A stretch of 64,000 bases of DNA from Takakia lepidozioides. Lineage: Eukaryota; Plantae; Bryophyta. The position numbers and the translations under genes were made by a program. Under the pieces are notes generated by a model. That model did no database searches, was not told the DNA's origin, and saw nothing but the letters and a program-made list of their open reading frames with translations. Location: assembly GCA_030704615.1 (NCBI GenBank), contig CM060734.1, positions 22,878,001 through 22,942,000 of the forward strand, read 5' to 3'. Positions 1-13,990 of the stretch are shown one piece after another; the first letter of the stretch is position 1, and the number at the start of each line of letters is the position of its first letter.

Positions 1-2640
1 TTCGGCCCCGAACTAGAAAAATGGCGTTTTTTTATTTGCTTTTTTGTTTTTTTTTTTCCGGCGCCATTTTTCCAATTCGGGGGCCGAAAATGGCTAAGTC
101 CCAGATCTGACTGGTACCAAAATCGGAAATTCGGCGCCATTTTTCCAGTCATGCAAGTAATTCGAAGAGCGGATGGATGGAAATCCGGCGCCGGATTTCC
201 ATCCGCCAGGTAAGTCGGCGCGCAAAATTTTCCGTCATGCAGGTAATTCGAAGAGCGGATGGATGAAAATCCGGCGACGGATTTCCATCGATCCGCTCTT
301 CGAATTACCTGCATGACTGGAAAAATGGCGCCGAATTTCCGATTTTGGGTGCCAGTCAGATCTGGGACTTAGCCGTTTTCGGCCCCAAACTGGAAAAATG
401 GCGTTTTTTTGTTTTTTTTGTTTTTTTTTTCCCGGCGCCATTTTCTATTTCGGGGCCGAGAATGGCTAAGTCCCAGATCTGACTGGCACCAAAATCGGAA
501 ATTCGGCGCCATTTTTCCAGTCATGCAGGTAATTCGAAGAGCGGATGGATGGAAATCCGGCGCCGGATTTCCATCCGCCAGGTAAGTTGGCGCGCAAAAA
601 TTTTCGTCATGCAGGTAATTCGAAGAGCGGATGGATGAAAATCCGGCGCCGGATTTCCATCCGCCAGGTAAATCGGCGCGCAAAATTTCCGTCATGCAGG
701 TAATTCGAAGAGCGGATGGATGGAAATCCGGCGCCGGATTTCCATCCGCAAGGTTGGTCGGAGAGCGGATGGATGGAGATCCGGCGCCGAATTTCCATCC
801 TGCAGGTAACTCGAATCCCGGATGGATGGAAATCCGGCGCCGAATTTCCATCCAGCAGGTAAGTCGGATCGCTGGCGTATGGATATTCGGCGCCGAATTT
901 CCATTCGCCAGGAATTTCGAAGCGCTGAATTACCTTCCTGCAGGTAATTCTGAGCGTGTCCGATTGATTTTTCGGATTTTTCTTGGAATCCTTCACTGCT
1001 AGAGGCAAATCGGAACAGCCTCGGATGGAAATTCGGCGCCGTTTTTCCATTCTGGGAGGTTTCTGCGACTTCCTTTGAGGGGGCCCCGATGGAAATTCGG
1101 CGCCGAATTTCCATCTGGGGGATGGTCTCTGTCGGAGAGGTGCCGGCCTCTCCGCCGCTCTGTTGGATATTCGGTGCCGAGTTTCCGTCCAGGGGTTGAA
1201 ATATGACGGCCAGGTGCTGGCCTCTCCCCCCTCCCCGACTGCATTGGAACGGCCCCGGATGGAAATTCGGCGCCGTTTTTCCATCTGGGGAGGTTTTTAC
1301 GACTTCCTTTGAGGGGGCCCCGATGGAAATTCGGCGCCGAATCTCCATCCGGGGGATGGTCTCTGTCGGAGAGGTGCCGGCCTCTCCGCCGCTCTGTTGG
1401 ATATTCGGTGCCGAATTTCCATCCGGGGGTTGAAATATGACGGCCAGGTGCCGGCCTCTCCCCCTCCCCGACTGCATTGGAACGGCCCCGGATTGAAATT
1501 CGGCGCCGTTTTTCCATCTGGGGAGGTTTTTATGTCGACCAGTTTTCGGTCTGACCCCCCGACACGACTTCCTTTGGGGGGGCCCGGATGGAAATTCGGT
1601 GCCGAATCTCAATCCAGGGGATGCTCTCTGTCGAACACGTGCCGGCCTCTACGCCCGAGGCGACTTCATCCGAGCGTCCCCTGTTGGATATTCGGTGCAG
1701 AATTTCCGTCCGGGGGTTGAAATGTGGCGGCCAGGTGTCGGCCTCTCCCCCTTCCCCGACTGCATCCGAACCGCCGCGGATGGAAATTCGGCGCCGTTTT
1801 TCCATCTGGGGATGTTTTTATGCCGGCCAGTTTTCGGCCTGACCCCCCGACACGACTTCCTTTGGGGGGGCCCGGATGGAAATTCGGCGCCGAATCTCCA
1901 TCCAGGGGATGTTCTCTGTCGCACACGCGCCGGCCTCTGCACCCGAGGCGACTTCATCCGGGCTTCCCCTGTTGTATATTCGGTGCCGAATTTCCGTCCG
2001 GGGGTTGCAATGTGAGGGCCAGATGGCGGCCTTTCCCCGAGCCGACTGCATCCGAAAGGCCTCGGATGGAAATTCGGCGCTGTTTTTCCATCTGGCGATG
2101 TTTTTATGCCGGCCAGTTTTCGGCCTGACCCCCCGACATGACTTCCTTTGGGGGGGCCCGGATGGAAATTCGGCGCCGAATCTCCATCCAAGGGATATTC
2201 ACTGTCGCACACGCGCCGGCCTCTGCGCCCGAGGCGACTTCATCCGGGCTTCCCCTGTTGTATATTCGGTGCCGAATTTCCGTCCGGGGGTTGTAATGTG
2301 AGGGCCAGATGGCGGCCTTTCCCCCGAGCCGACGACATCCGAAAGGCCTCGGATGGAAATTCGGCGCCGTTTTCCATCCGCGGAGGTTTTTATGTCGGCC
2401 AGTTTTCGGCCTGACCCCCCGACAGGACTTCCTTTGGGTGGATCCGAATGGAAATTTGGCGCTGAATTTCCATCCGGGGGATGTTTTCTATCGGACAGGT
2501 GCCGACATCTCTGCCCCAGACGACTTCATCCGTGCAGCCCCTGTTGGATATTGGGTGCCGAATTTCCATTCGGGGGTAGTAATGTGACGGCACGGTGCCG
2601 GCTTCTCCCCTTCAGCCGACATCATCCGGACGGCCCCCCA
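1..2640. repeat. Internal array of palindromic repeats (core GGATGGAAATTCGGCGCCGAATTTCCATCC and variants) of MULE copy 1
   Basis: Dozens of GGCGCC-centred palindromes in units of about 80-290 bp; they generate the recurring MEIRRRISI / GWKFGAEFP pseudo-ORFs on both strands. Confidence 0.95.
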
Positions 2641-3881
2641 CTTTCTGACTGCATACCGTTGGCAGTTATTGCGCAAAGACCAGGGGCCGCATTCCGGAGA
2701 CAAGGTTCATTAACACTCTGACTGTGGATTTTTGAGATAGTTGGCTCCCTGGATTTGGATCAGGCTTCGTCGCTCGGACAAATCGGCACCGCATTCCTTC
2801 CCATCGCTGCATCCCCCTTCTACCAGGGAGCTTCCCCGCACGCCATCCTGGCAGTCTTGTGTGCACATCTCCCATGGCGGAAAACCCGAGCGCTACAGTG
2901 TACTGCCCTCTTCACGAGCATAGAGCTTCATTTCCGTGCAGAGGGGACATCTGCTGGGTGATGGAGAAATATCTGTGCGTTCGATACCACCTGAAACCGG
3001 GGTCGGTTTTTTTGGAGGAGGAAAGGAAGGACTCAAACGGCCTTGTTGTCGAGAGTATTGTTGTGCTCCACGATGATTTCGGCGATGGCAGGGAATGGCG
3101 AGTTCCACCATCGGACAGCGTCATATACAGGGCTGTTGGGGACTTCATTTGCCCGCCAAATGCACCTTCTATCCTGGCGCCTTCCACGAAACAATCCGCG
3201 AATCAGAGAGTGGCTACCTCAAAGAGAGAAGTCCGTAACGAAGTAAAACCAGAGCCGAACCCATCCATGAAGACGAGCGAGAACCGGGTTGTTCACAACC
3301 TGTCCGACTCAGACGAGGTCATGGAAGTTCCGAGATCGTCTTGGAGATCAGGCAAGTCCTCAATGGACGTCAGTGGAGGAGGGAGTCATATTCCCAGCAC
3401 GAGCACCGCAGTTCGATCTATTCTTGAAATTCTGCGAGGGCTTCACCTGGAGGGACACCGGTCGGAGCTGGCCGGGCTGGACTACAGCAAGTTCCCAATT
3501 AAATCGGTTACATGCCTTCCCGCCGACGTCAACGGTAATATCTTCTTTGAGTTCCCTCCTCGGGCGGACTACTCGAGGGCGTCCGGAATGTTGACAGATA
3601 TGGATAGAAAACATGATGGTCATCCTTGGTGCGTTACCAAAACCACCAGCATGAAGATGCTCGATGGTTTCCGGTGCGCTACGTTGTTTGTGCGGGCACG
3701 TTGCGGTGTTTCTCCCCAACTTGCTTCCACTTTAAATCCAGAGGTCACAGGAACGAGACCGATTGGATAGGCACAGCTCATCAACCATTTCGAGCTCAGG
3801 AGAATGTTCCGAACTCCACATTTAAGTGTGCGCATTGCAAAAAACCACCACACTGCATGTCTGTTTGTAATGTCAAGCACT

Positions 3882-4238
3882 TGTCAAGTTAAATAAGCAC
3901 AGTGTGAAAACAGCTAGAATAAAACTAGTTATTTGTATTTAACACTTGGATTTAGGTCAAGTGTTAAATCAGGTGTCAAGTTTAGTTTGACACCTGGTCC
4001 GTCTTATCTTCACGAGAGCGGCAGTCGCGCGGCTCATCTCTCTCGAGTTGAGCCTGCGCAACCGAGCTCCTGCATTCTTCAGATCTGAGTGTGCTTATGA
4101 TGGGAGTGTAGGTTGTTGTGGGGTGGAGTCCCCATAGCTTGGGGTGCCCCTGGCTCGACTATTATCTTAAAGAGTGATGTTGAGGGATTGCATATTTCTT
4201 GTGTTGAGAGTGTGTGTCATTTTCTAGTTTGGTTATCA
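3882..4238 (+). repeat. LTR segment A1 (3' portion of LTR only)
   Basis: Near-identical to 14610-14964; ends GGTTATCA. Confidence 0.95.
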
Positions 4239-4254
4239 CTCGAGAGAGATGAGC
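4238..4254 (+). promoter_or_regulatory. Primer-binding site complementary to the element's own LTR (self-priming type)
   Basis: ACTCGAGAGAGATGAGC is the exact reverse complement of LTR 4032-4048 (GCTCATCTCTCTCGAGT); no TGG-starting tRNA PBS follows the LTR. Confidence 0.8.
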
Positions 4255-7200
4255 TCTATCTAGTCTGCCCATATTTCTGTTGGCATTGGCGAGGTGTGCT
4301 TCCACTGTAAGGGCGTCGCCCGTCTGCGGAGGATATGTCGATGGCAGCTGGTGGTGTGATGTCAAGGCCCCATAGAGCCCGCTGTGGTGAATGGGAGCAG
4401 CGAATGGGGCAGCAGTGAATGGGAGTCCAGGTAGAGCCAGCGGCTGTGGCGGCAAGGGTCTGGTTGATGGTGGCGGCTCTTGGTCGCTCGAGTATCTCTA
4501 CAGCAGGGGGAACAGCCCGTTCAGGCTGTTGATATGCGGCTCGAACTGGATGACTTCAGCTGTGTGGTGGAAGCGAGTGGATCGAATGGAAGCTGGTCTG
4601 GATTGAGGTCCGCACGACAGGCCTGCACTTTGGGATAGGAGTCATATGCGAAGACAGAAAGCTGATAGAAAGTGGCGGGCATTTCATCTTCTTTACCGTG
4701 GAGGTCTACCTTAAAGAGGGACTTCACTCTCTGGACGCTGAATGTTGCGCTGAAGTGGGAGAGGGCAGCAGAAACACAATCCCCCTTCGCACAATGTTTC
4801 GACCTCTTTGGCTTTGACCTTTTGACATGAGCAGTTCTCCGCCCTTATTTTTCCTCGCTCTTTCCCTGTGTTCCCTTCTCCTTTCGTCACCACTACTGCC
4901 TCAATCAGAGGTGGCGACCATACTGCCGTTTAAGTGTCCAGGAAACTGATGACATCAAGGAAGCTACCAGCTTGTTCCTGAAGACGAAGGGGTCGAATGT
5001 CACTGTTCTGGATGGCACAGGAGCATGTGACCTGCCCATAGGGACCTGGGTGCCTGAAACAAGTGAAGTGGCTGGAGGATGGAGCATGGCGTCAGGAGAT
5101 GGAAAGAGAGCAGTGAAGGGGTTTCTACATGATAAGGACCTGCAACTGGTTGCAGCCCAGCATGCGCTAGCTAGGACCATGACCTGAAGCAGCTGCTAAG
5201 TCGCTGGGAGGTCCGTGAAGCTGAACTTGCCCAAATGCGGGAGGTTGTCATGGAGGGAGCTAAGACAGTCAGTGTACTGCAGCTGCCTTGGTGGGGAAAG
5301 TGAATGCGAGACTGGCAGCTCAACTGGGCATTGGGATAGATTTTGCTTGGTGATGGGATCGTAATTCAGTAGCAGGCTGATTGGAGTTAAAGAGGTTTGG
5401 TCATGCCAGTGTCCGAGCAGCCAGTGAATTTTGGGCCAGATTTTTGAAGGTATGTTGCATGGCAGTAGGCAGTGTTCCAGAGATTCTAAAACCCCAAGCG
5501 AGCAGCATAAGCAGAGCAGTGCACGGTTGAATTGAAGCCAACGCCCTACCTTTAGAATTCTATGTGCGATCTGCCAGAGAAAGACAGCCAGCTTTGCATC
5601 ATGTGTGACAGCTTTGCAGGATGTTTGATTGAGGGCAGCAGTGCATAGCGAGGCCAGTGATTTGAATGCCGCTGAAATCTGTCACGAAAATGACCTGATT
5701 AGGTCTGGCTGAGCATGTAACCCAAGTGTCGGGCAATGGAGGCAACGGCCCCTGCTGGAGGATTCATATCCAAGATGCAGGGATGGTCTGGATGATGCTG
5801 GCATAACCTGCATTTCCTCTAGCTGTTCCTACAATCTGGTTTATGTGCCCTGGCACTATAGTGTTGATGCCGACCAGATATTCCCGATCTGTGCAATTTC
5901 ATGGTGATCCCAGGCAGACCACCTCTCCGCATATCCACGGTCAATCTTGTTGTGAAGAAGGAGGGGCAGGGGCAGGAAGCTAGTAGGTATAGGAGCTGAC
6001 GATAGACTGAGCTGCTGTGTAGCAGCTATTCCCCGCTCAGTGTCCAGAGGGGATGCTGTGGCCTCCGAACTGCGCAAATACTTGTCTCTGATCTCTGGGT
6101 GTCGTCAATGGTGTCTCCTTGCTGATTTTGATCTCTATTAAGAGAGTGTATATCAAGTGCGCAGGGGACTCGTCTCTCGAGGGTTCACTGGGAAGAATCG
6201 CTTCACGACCTCCATCATCACCACGGTTTGTGGTAGAAGACGGTTGGGATTCCAAAGCATGGTGAGCTGTTGAACTCAAATGAAATGGAGGGAACAGCAG
6301 GCACGTGGCCAGGGAACCTAGGATGCCATATAGAACTTAGGGAACCGGGAACCAGTTACCAAATATTTTGGGTGTAACTTTGAATTTTTAAACTTGAAAA
6401 CCTTTTTAAAATAAAATAAAATAAATCTAATTTGAATGATTTGGAGCCAAATTCATCATATCTTTGTCAAATGGACTCTGTTTGACCCAGTTTTTGGGGG
6501 ATAGCTGCAGAAAGGGGAAATCTACCTATCTAAACCTGGTTTCTGTTTTGGGGACTCTGCTAAAAATCTATGGAATTTTTAGAGTGTGAGTGTGCCATGA
6601 AAGATCCACAATCCTGTCTCTAGAACCTGTGCTGGTCTATATGAGAGACAAATTGGTGGATGTACTCCTTGCATGGCTGGGGGAAATGAGGACGTAATTG
6701 AAGGGCAGGTCTCTTCTCTTAGTCTGTGCACACAAGGGGACAGGATTTATGTTTCCCAAGGAACTCAGACTGATTTGAGTGGAGAACAGTTGGACGAGTT
6801 GATTGCATACTGGGAGTCAGGCATTAGCAGTAGACAACAGACTGTTGTAGTTGGCATTGAGGGCCTCAATATCGCCTTGGACAGTCAGAACTCTGTTGGA
6901 GCCAGCAGTTCTGCAGCTGTAGGTGAAATACCAAAGTGGGTGAAAGCTAGGCTTGGAACACAGCCAAAGACAGCCCCGGGGACCAAGGTGTTCAGTCACA
7001 AGGCCGTGGTGTACTAGAGCAGAGGAGCAGGAGCTACACAAGTTTGTGCAATCATACATGGTTGCAGCCGATACGCTCTGCACAGGGCAACCACGAGCGG
7101 GGGTTCATCAGCAATGACATGTTTGTTGTGCGTGAAGGAGATGCAGTCATTCGCAATGAGGACACCCGCAACCGTCTCAAAGCTTTCGAGTTGAGAGACT

Positions 7201-7940
7201 ATCAGACCCTACCTTTGTTTTCTTTAGTGTTCAGTGAGCGGGAGATAGGGGAGTATTGCTTTGTCTCTACCTGGCAGAAAGAGGAGGAGGGTTGGTTAGA
7301 GCGAGCTACTGTAGCTTGGGACAAGGTTAGTGGCAGGTTTCTGGACATAGATATACCTCCTACACCTTACCATCACGCAGAGCGAGGCACTTTGAGAGAA
7401 GTCTGGAAGTTGATAGCATAGATCAGGATTAGATCTTGCTTGGGCGGGCTTCTATTCTTCCCCTCCATCTCTGTACTATTTTCATTACCTTGTACTCGTA
7501 GTTGCCAAAGCCTCTCTTGATGGAGGTCAGTCAGTCCGGGGTTTTGGGTTGGGATATTCTGCAGGATCAGCATTGCAGCTGGATTTTGGTGTGGGGGTGT
7601 TGATGTTTTGATTTCTTGTGTTTGGATCCCCCCCAACACCTGCATGCTTGACTGTGTGCCATGTTGGTTTTGTGTGGGCGCTTGCTTTCATAGGGATTAG
7701 GCCGGATTTGATCACCGGTCAATCCTAGAGTATGCTGTCGGTGGTGAGGCTGGAGTGATGACCAGCAAAACCACCAGTGTTTCTTCTATGGTGAGGCTGG
7801 GTTGATGACCAGCCAACCATAGGAGTTCTTGCGGTAGATGCAGGTGCAGGTGCCCTGAGCCATTGGGATATGACCCTTAGACTGCAACAGGTGCCCACCC
7901 GTGTCACTATTAGATTAGTACTAGAGCCTTATAGTGTCAC

Positions 7941-9620
7941 GTGGAGGAGGTGCACATTGTGAGTGTCATTACGAAGTTACCCAAGGGTTTTGAGGGGAGT
8001 ACGGCTACAGGCAGTAACAGTGAGAGTGGGTTCACAAGACGAGGTATTCGGTTCAGACCACCTTCACCGCCACCCTCAATTACTGTAGAGTCAGACACAG
8101 ACTCGGAGGCTTCATCAACAGGTGTGCACTTTCATTCGCCATTGTTGTGGGACGACATGGAGGAGATGTATGGAGCTACCAAGGGGCCTCGTAGGTACTC
8201 TGGAGCTGTGGGCACAATCGAGTTGGATGACTTTATCCAGGAGTTCGACAGCTGGTGTGATTTGCAGCAGATGCGCAATCCACAGCTATTCACCCCATTC
8301 ATGGCGTGGAAGGGACTGTTCCAGCATTTGAAGGCCCGCCTATGGACGATTACCACGAGTTCAGGCGAGGACATGAAGCAGAGATTGAGGAGTGGAGGAT
8401 GTATTGGTCACCTGACTACGTCTCCATTACTCGAGGCACGACGCGACCAGTAGCTGCATCAGTACCAATAGCTCCCACTGCCAGCACTAGTAGTGGAGAG
8501 CAGAGGCTCGCTGCCATGGCTATAGCTCAGGCGGTGGGGTGCTCCCAGGCAGGATGGTCCACCTCCTGCTCCTGAGGGAGGAGATATGGGAGGCATGATT
8601 ATTGCAGGCTTGCGGAGCAGCACTACCACTAGAGCAGGTGGAGTCTGCTGCAGCGTGACTCGAGGAGAGCAGCACGAGTTTCTGAGCCACGAGGGCAGAG
8701 TGCAAGGTGGAATTGGATCCACAGCGTGGGGAGGCAAGCCGTCAGGCGAGGCTTCCTCAGTCATTCACATTGGCGGAGACTATATCGATGCCATCCATGG
8801 CACCTAGTTCTCGCCCGACTGTTCCCGAGGCGGAGGTTACTATGGCATTGGGGGAGAGCTACAGTTGCAGCATTGACTCTGTTGCCAAGGCTAGTGCGGC
8901 CCGGTGTGTTATTGGGGGCAGCCACCTCTGTGTGTCAGGCCCCATTGTTCTCGGCAACATGATTGCCACGCCGGGGGTAAGGCCAGCTGGCAGTGTTCAG
9001 ACTAGCAGCAACACTCTGTGAGAGTGGGGAGGTCATTTCATCTTCTGCGGAGTTATGAAGGTGTAGTGGCAGAGGATCCTCGGATTTGAGGTTCAAGACT
9101 GCCACGCTGCGCCCTGGCAAGCTGCAGCTGCCAGGTTGACGACAGCTGCCCAGCTAGGCCAGACCTTTGAGGCGCCATGGTGACACCTGGAGTTGTCTTG
9201 TTAGACACCCAGGGAGGCATTTTCATCTTTGAGTGACCGGCAGGCAAGAAGTACCGCCACTGCGGGGTCTGTTGGACTCGGGAGCTCAGCCACTGATGTT
9301 GGGGCAGAGGCTGCTATTGCAGGTTTGGGCCTCATGGAGGCGGATATGGAGCCATGCCCTTTCCAGATACAGACATCTCTGGAATGGAGGATCAGAGCAG
9401 GCTCGGGGCATGAACGACGGCATCAGTTGGCCATTAGACTGCGTGCGCTTCATCCCTATCGATGCGCCTCAGTAATGCGAGCCAAGGCCATTGTGACAGA
9501 CGCAGTCTCTTTACGATTTCCTCGTTGGTGCCGGCAGTGTTATACCCCATGGGCTTCCCTGGATTTTTGGAGGAGGTCAGCATCCTACAGGCCTGGATGG
9601 CAGTCAGGCGATGGTCGTCG
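7941..9620 (+). pseudogene. Gypsy gag and aspartic protease (frameshifted)
   Basis: RYSGAVGTIELDDFIQEFDSWCD gag-like start; protease motif LLDSGAQPLMLG at ~9270-9305. Confidence 0.75.
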
Positions 9621-9989
9621 TGCACAGCTCCTTGACATTCATTGGGGGTTGTATAGCGGCTGCCCAGCGGGGCAAGATGCCAACACTAGACAGCCTTTAC
9701 AGCTGCAGTTGCGTTTGGCCTGGAGAGTTGCTGGAAGGCAATGCCATGCAGAGGATGTGCCACCCTCCAGCAGAGCAGGAATGACATGCATGGTATGGCG
9801 GAGTTGCTGCCATGGTTGCTCACACTCCATTGTGGGGTACGAGCAACGGATTTTGCAGCAGGTTGCTGATCGACGGGTGCACAAGCCTGGGGATAGAGGC
9901 TTTTGTCCGTCAGGAGAGGGGAGAGTGCGGGTATTGCACCAGGACCACATCAGTTGGTCACCATTGGATACCACACCCTATTGTGTGGC

Positions 9990-10870
9990 AGTATCCGGAT
10001 GAAGGCATTTGCCTTCTGGACTTTTTGGCGGAATCAGACACAGGATTGGCTGCTGTGCTACAGGCAGGTGTACGAGTTCGACATTACCTGTGTGGAGAGG
10101 GAATGAGACTGCACGACCGTCTCACTGCGCCCATGTTGCTCAGTTGGTACAGCAATACCTATGACCGCTGTGTTGCAGAACAGTCGTCTAGCACGTCGTG
10201 CTGATATCCACAAACAGATCACTGTTTGCCACGTCAGAATTTACTCTTGCTGGGCGGGCGCAGGATTTAGAGCAGGTAGTTGGACTCCATTGATCTGGTC
10301 CAACCCTTGAAATTTATTACACAGTAGTGGCCCACGGTTTTCTGCTGTAACCTGCTCGGGCCAGGGTGATGGCCAGTGTGCATCAAGTCCGGTCGTGGCT
10401 TGGGTCAGCAGTGTTGCTGGATGCAGCTGCAGTGGGGTCACGGGCTCATCGTCCACGGCTTTGGTGGACTAACTTGATGCCACCCGCACTACTCAAGCGT
10501 GCATTTGATGGGGTGCAGCGGCCAGCATGCCTTACCGTGGATGGCATTTTGGACACAGGGAGGCAGTCTCAACGTGTGAGACACGATGACCGTTCGCCTT
10601 TGGCAGTGGTCAACAGGGTGGGTCAACCACGAGCAGCATTACCTACACTGCTCAGCTTCCCAGGATCCCATGCTTTTCGGGATGGTGGACCTGGCCTCCT
10701 GTGGGATGCTCAGTTGCAACAGTTAGTGGAGCCTAATGCCGACGAGCGAGAGCGGGCTATGGGTTTCCACTGGGACCACGGCGGTGCCTTCTCTTTCTGA
10801 GGCATCACGTCGGCAGGTGTTGGGGCAAGCAATGGATCTCAATTGCTTGACCTGGATTATCAGCTTGGCT
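9990..10870 (+). pseudogene. C5-cytosine DNA methyltransferase domain embedded in pol (degenerate)
   Basis: Motif I-like GICLLDF(F)GGI(S)TGL at ~10004-10048 (needs two indel corrections); IDLV 10289-10300; motif VIII LDAAAVGSRAHRPRLWWTN; motif IX EPNADERERAMGF; motif X RRQVLGQAMD. Catalytic motif IV (PC) and VI (ENV) not visible in this copy. Confidence 0.8.
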
Positions 10871-11349
10871 ATGGCTGAGCAACGTAGAGTGCGGAGCGCA
10901 CTTCCCTGGACAGTCTCTCTGCCTACCGAGACGGTACAGGCAGCGATGGGGGCGAGCCGGTGAGACCACGGGGTGTAGACATCCATGGCACACGTGGGAG
11001 TGCTCGAGGTTCAGAGGGAGTTGGCAGCCAAAGCAGCTGTGATGGATGAGGTTGGGATTCTTCTCGGGATGAAGAGGTTCTCAATGATGAGATGATGGGG
11101 CAGGATGAGGCATTGTCATTGACTGAGCAGGAAGAAAGTACTGCTCAAGAGTTGCAGCATAGCAACCACGGGACGCGTCCTCTACCTCTAAGCCCACTGG
11201 ACTTAAAGTTGCAGTCACGGAGGACAATTGGGAGCCTGACATTGGACCCATTGTCACCGGAGGAGAGAGACGACGTATACGGCGGTTCCTGAGGGCTTAC
11301 AGGAATTGCTTTGCCTTCAGTTTGAAGGACTTGGGAGCACTGAAGGGTC

Positions 11350-13990
11350 AAGAGATCCGTATTGAGTTAGCCACTGACACGCCAATCTTTCGGAGACCCT
11401 AGATACAGTGACATGGAGAGGTCTTTGATTCAGATGAGGACTCAAGATCTCTGGGAGGCAGGTTTGGTGGAGCTCTCTGGTGGAGAGTATGCTTCAGCCA
11501 CAGTGATGCCAGCTAAGAAGGATGTCTATGGCAATTGGACGGAGAGACGTATGTGCGGTGATTACCGGCCTGTAAATCGTCAGACCAAGTCCGATAGGTA
11601 TGCCATGCCACACACAGAGGAGATCTTTGATGCCATTGGGCATTCCAAGGTCTTTAGCACGTTGGATTTACGATCCGGATATCACCAGTTGCCGATCAAG
11701 GAGGCGGATAGCAAAAGACGGCATTCTGGGGATCAATGAGCACGGGAAGGATTGCCTATACCAGTGGCGGTTCTTACCATTTGGGCTTAAAAAACGCTCC
11801 CGCTGAGTTTCAAAGAGTCATGGACAGGATTCTAGCAGGGGTGGAGTTTGCTCGGTGCTACATAGATGACATCATCATCTTTAGTGCTACGGTGGAGGAG
11901 CATAAGAGACACCTTCAGGGGGTATTTGAGCGCTTAAGGACGCACGGATTGAAGTTACAACATCCGGGCAAGTGCAAGTTTTTCCACACCAGATTGAGTA
12001 TCTGGGTCACATGATATATCCTGGAGGATTGGGGGTACAGCAGACTAAGGTAGAGTCCATTGCACAGGTTCCACGCCCCACGGATGTGAGCCGAGTTCGA
12101 GCTTTCATGGGGTTAGCAACTATTACAGACGGTTTGTTAGGGATTCAGTGCCATTGCAAAGGCTCTAACCAAGCTGACCAAGGTGGACCAGGAGTGGCAG
12201 TGGGAAGATGAGCAAGAACAAGCTTTTCAAGAGCTCAAGGCGAGGTTGACCTCGGCGCCCATCTTGAGACGACCTATCAGGGGGCGTCCTTTTCAGTTGC
12301 ATACAGATTGGAGCATGCTGGGGCTTGGAGCGGTGCTCACACAGGTGGATGATGAGGGAAAGAGATTCGTAGTGGCTTATGCTAGCCGCTCGAACAATGC
12401 TGCAGAGTCTAAGTATAGCTCATATGAGGGAGAATGCTTAGCTGCAGTGTGGGCCGTGGCACACTTCAGGTGCTATCTATACGGCAATCTCTCTTCACCC
12501 TTGTCACGGATCACCAACCACTCAAGTGGTTGATGGAGTCAGACAAGCTTACGGAGAAGCTTGCACGGTGGGCACTCATCCTTCAAGAGTATGACTTTCA
12601 GGTGGTGCATCGACCGGGTTTGGTCAATCGCAATGCAGATGGGTTGAGTCGCAATCCATGCACGAGCCAACAGGATGACACTGGAGCTCGGTGGCATGGT
12701 GAGACGGACGAGGAGATGGTGCTCGGATGGCATGCATCTGCATTTCTGTGTATCTTGGCAGCGGAAGGCCAGGTTGGACCTGCAACAGGGATGACTGTAG
12801 ATCAAGTGTCTGAGGACCCTGAGGCCAGCAATGAGCAAGGTAGCGCCAAAGATATACATGAGGATTCAGTTGTGTGGACTACCTCCGCACTGGAGACATG
12901 GCAGCCACTGTGATTGCCAAGGAGAGGGATCGGATCCTACAACGAGCCAAGAGGTTCAGGTGGGAGGGGACACACCTACTCCGAGTGTGGGAGGATGGTC
13001 GAGTGAGGATTGTGCCTCACCCAACACAGCGGGCACGGTTAGTGCGCCATGCCCATGAGGAGTTGGGGCATTTTGGGGTGCGACGCACTCATGGTCTACT
13101 GCAGGGGCAGTATTGGTGGCGTGGTATGCACACAGAGGTGCAACAATTTGTGGCTAGGTGCATGGTGTGTGACAGGGTGCGTGCTTCATTCAACGCCCCT
13201 ACTACTCCACAATTGCACCCTCTTCCGATCATGGGATTGGGCTACAGGTGGAGTCTTGACTTCGCAGGGCCGTTGCCACTGACCATGCGCCACAACAAGT
13301 ACGTGTTGGTGATGGTGGAGCACTTCTCCAAGTGGATTGAATGGTTCCATTGCCTGATAAGGCTAGTGAGGGAGCTGCGTATGCATTCCTGGATTGTGTG
13401 CTTAGCCGATTCGGTGCTCCAGCTGAGGTACTCACGGACCAAGGGAGAGAGTTCTTGGGGGAGTTTCAGGCTTTGTGTGACAAGGCCTTGATAGACCACC
13501 GCACCACTTCTCGGGATCATCCTGAGGCCGATGGCTTGGCAGAGAGAGTTGTTCAGACAGTAAAGAGGGTTTTGCGCAAGTATGGCTTGCAGAAGGGACA
13601 CCTAGGAGATTGGGACCTTCATTTACCCTGGTTAGCCATGGGCTACAGGTTCAGCAAGCAAGCATCACTTGCCTCCTTCTCACCATACTTTCTTCTCTTT
13701 GGCCGAGAGCCGGATTTGCCTACATCCATTCGTAGAGAAGCTGCTACAGTTCTTAACCTTGACGATCCGGACGTGTGGGCACGTGCATGTGAGCAGCGTG
13801 CAGAGTTGTTCAAGAGAGTCATGCCCATGGCTTTCGAGAACCTTGCCATTGCACAACACCGTGATACGTTGAGGTATGCTACCATACGTGGTCGGGGTTA
13901 TCGTCCTGGGGTTCGGAGATTCACCCTGGTGACTATGTCTATCTACAGCAGACTGCTCCTACGACCCTGGATGTGACTGCAGGACGTGTT
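11350..13990 (+). pseudogene. Gypsy RT - RNase H - integrase (multiple frameshifts)
   Basis: RMCGDYRPVN, LDLRSGYHQ, YIDDII; RH TDWS..AYASR..E; IN HEELGH...C..C, WSLDFAGP, TDQGREF, DGLAERV. Confidence 0.95.

Noticed and set aside
235-2600. Many overlapping ORFs (MEIRRRISI, GWKFGAEFP), also at 35646-36721 and 52165-54891
   Set aside because: By-products of stop-poor palindromic tandem repeats, open in all frames on both strands.
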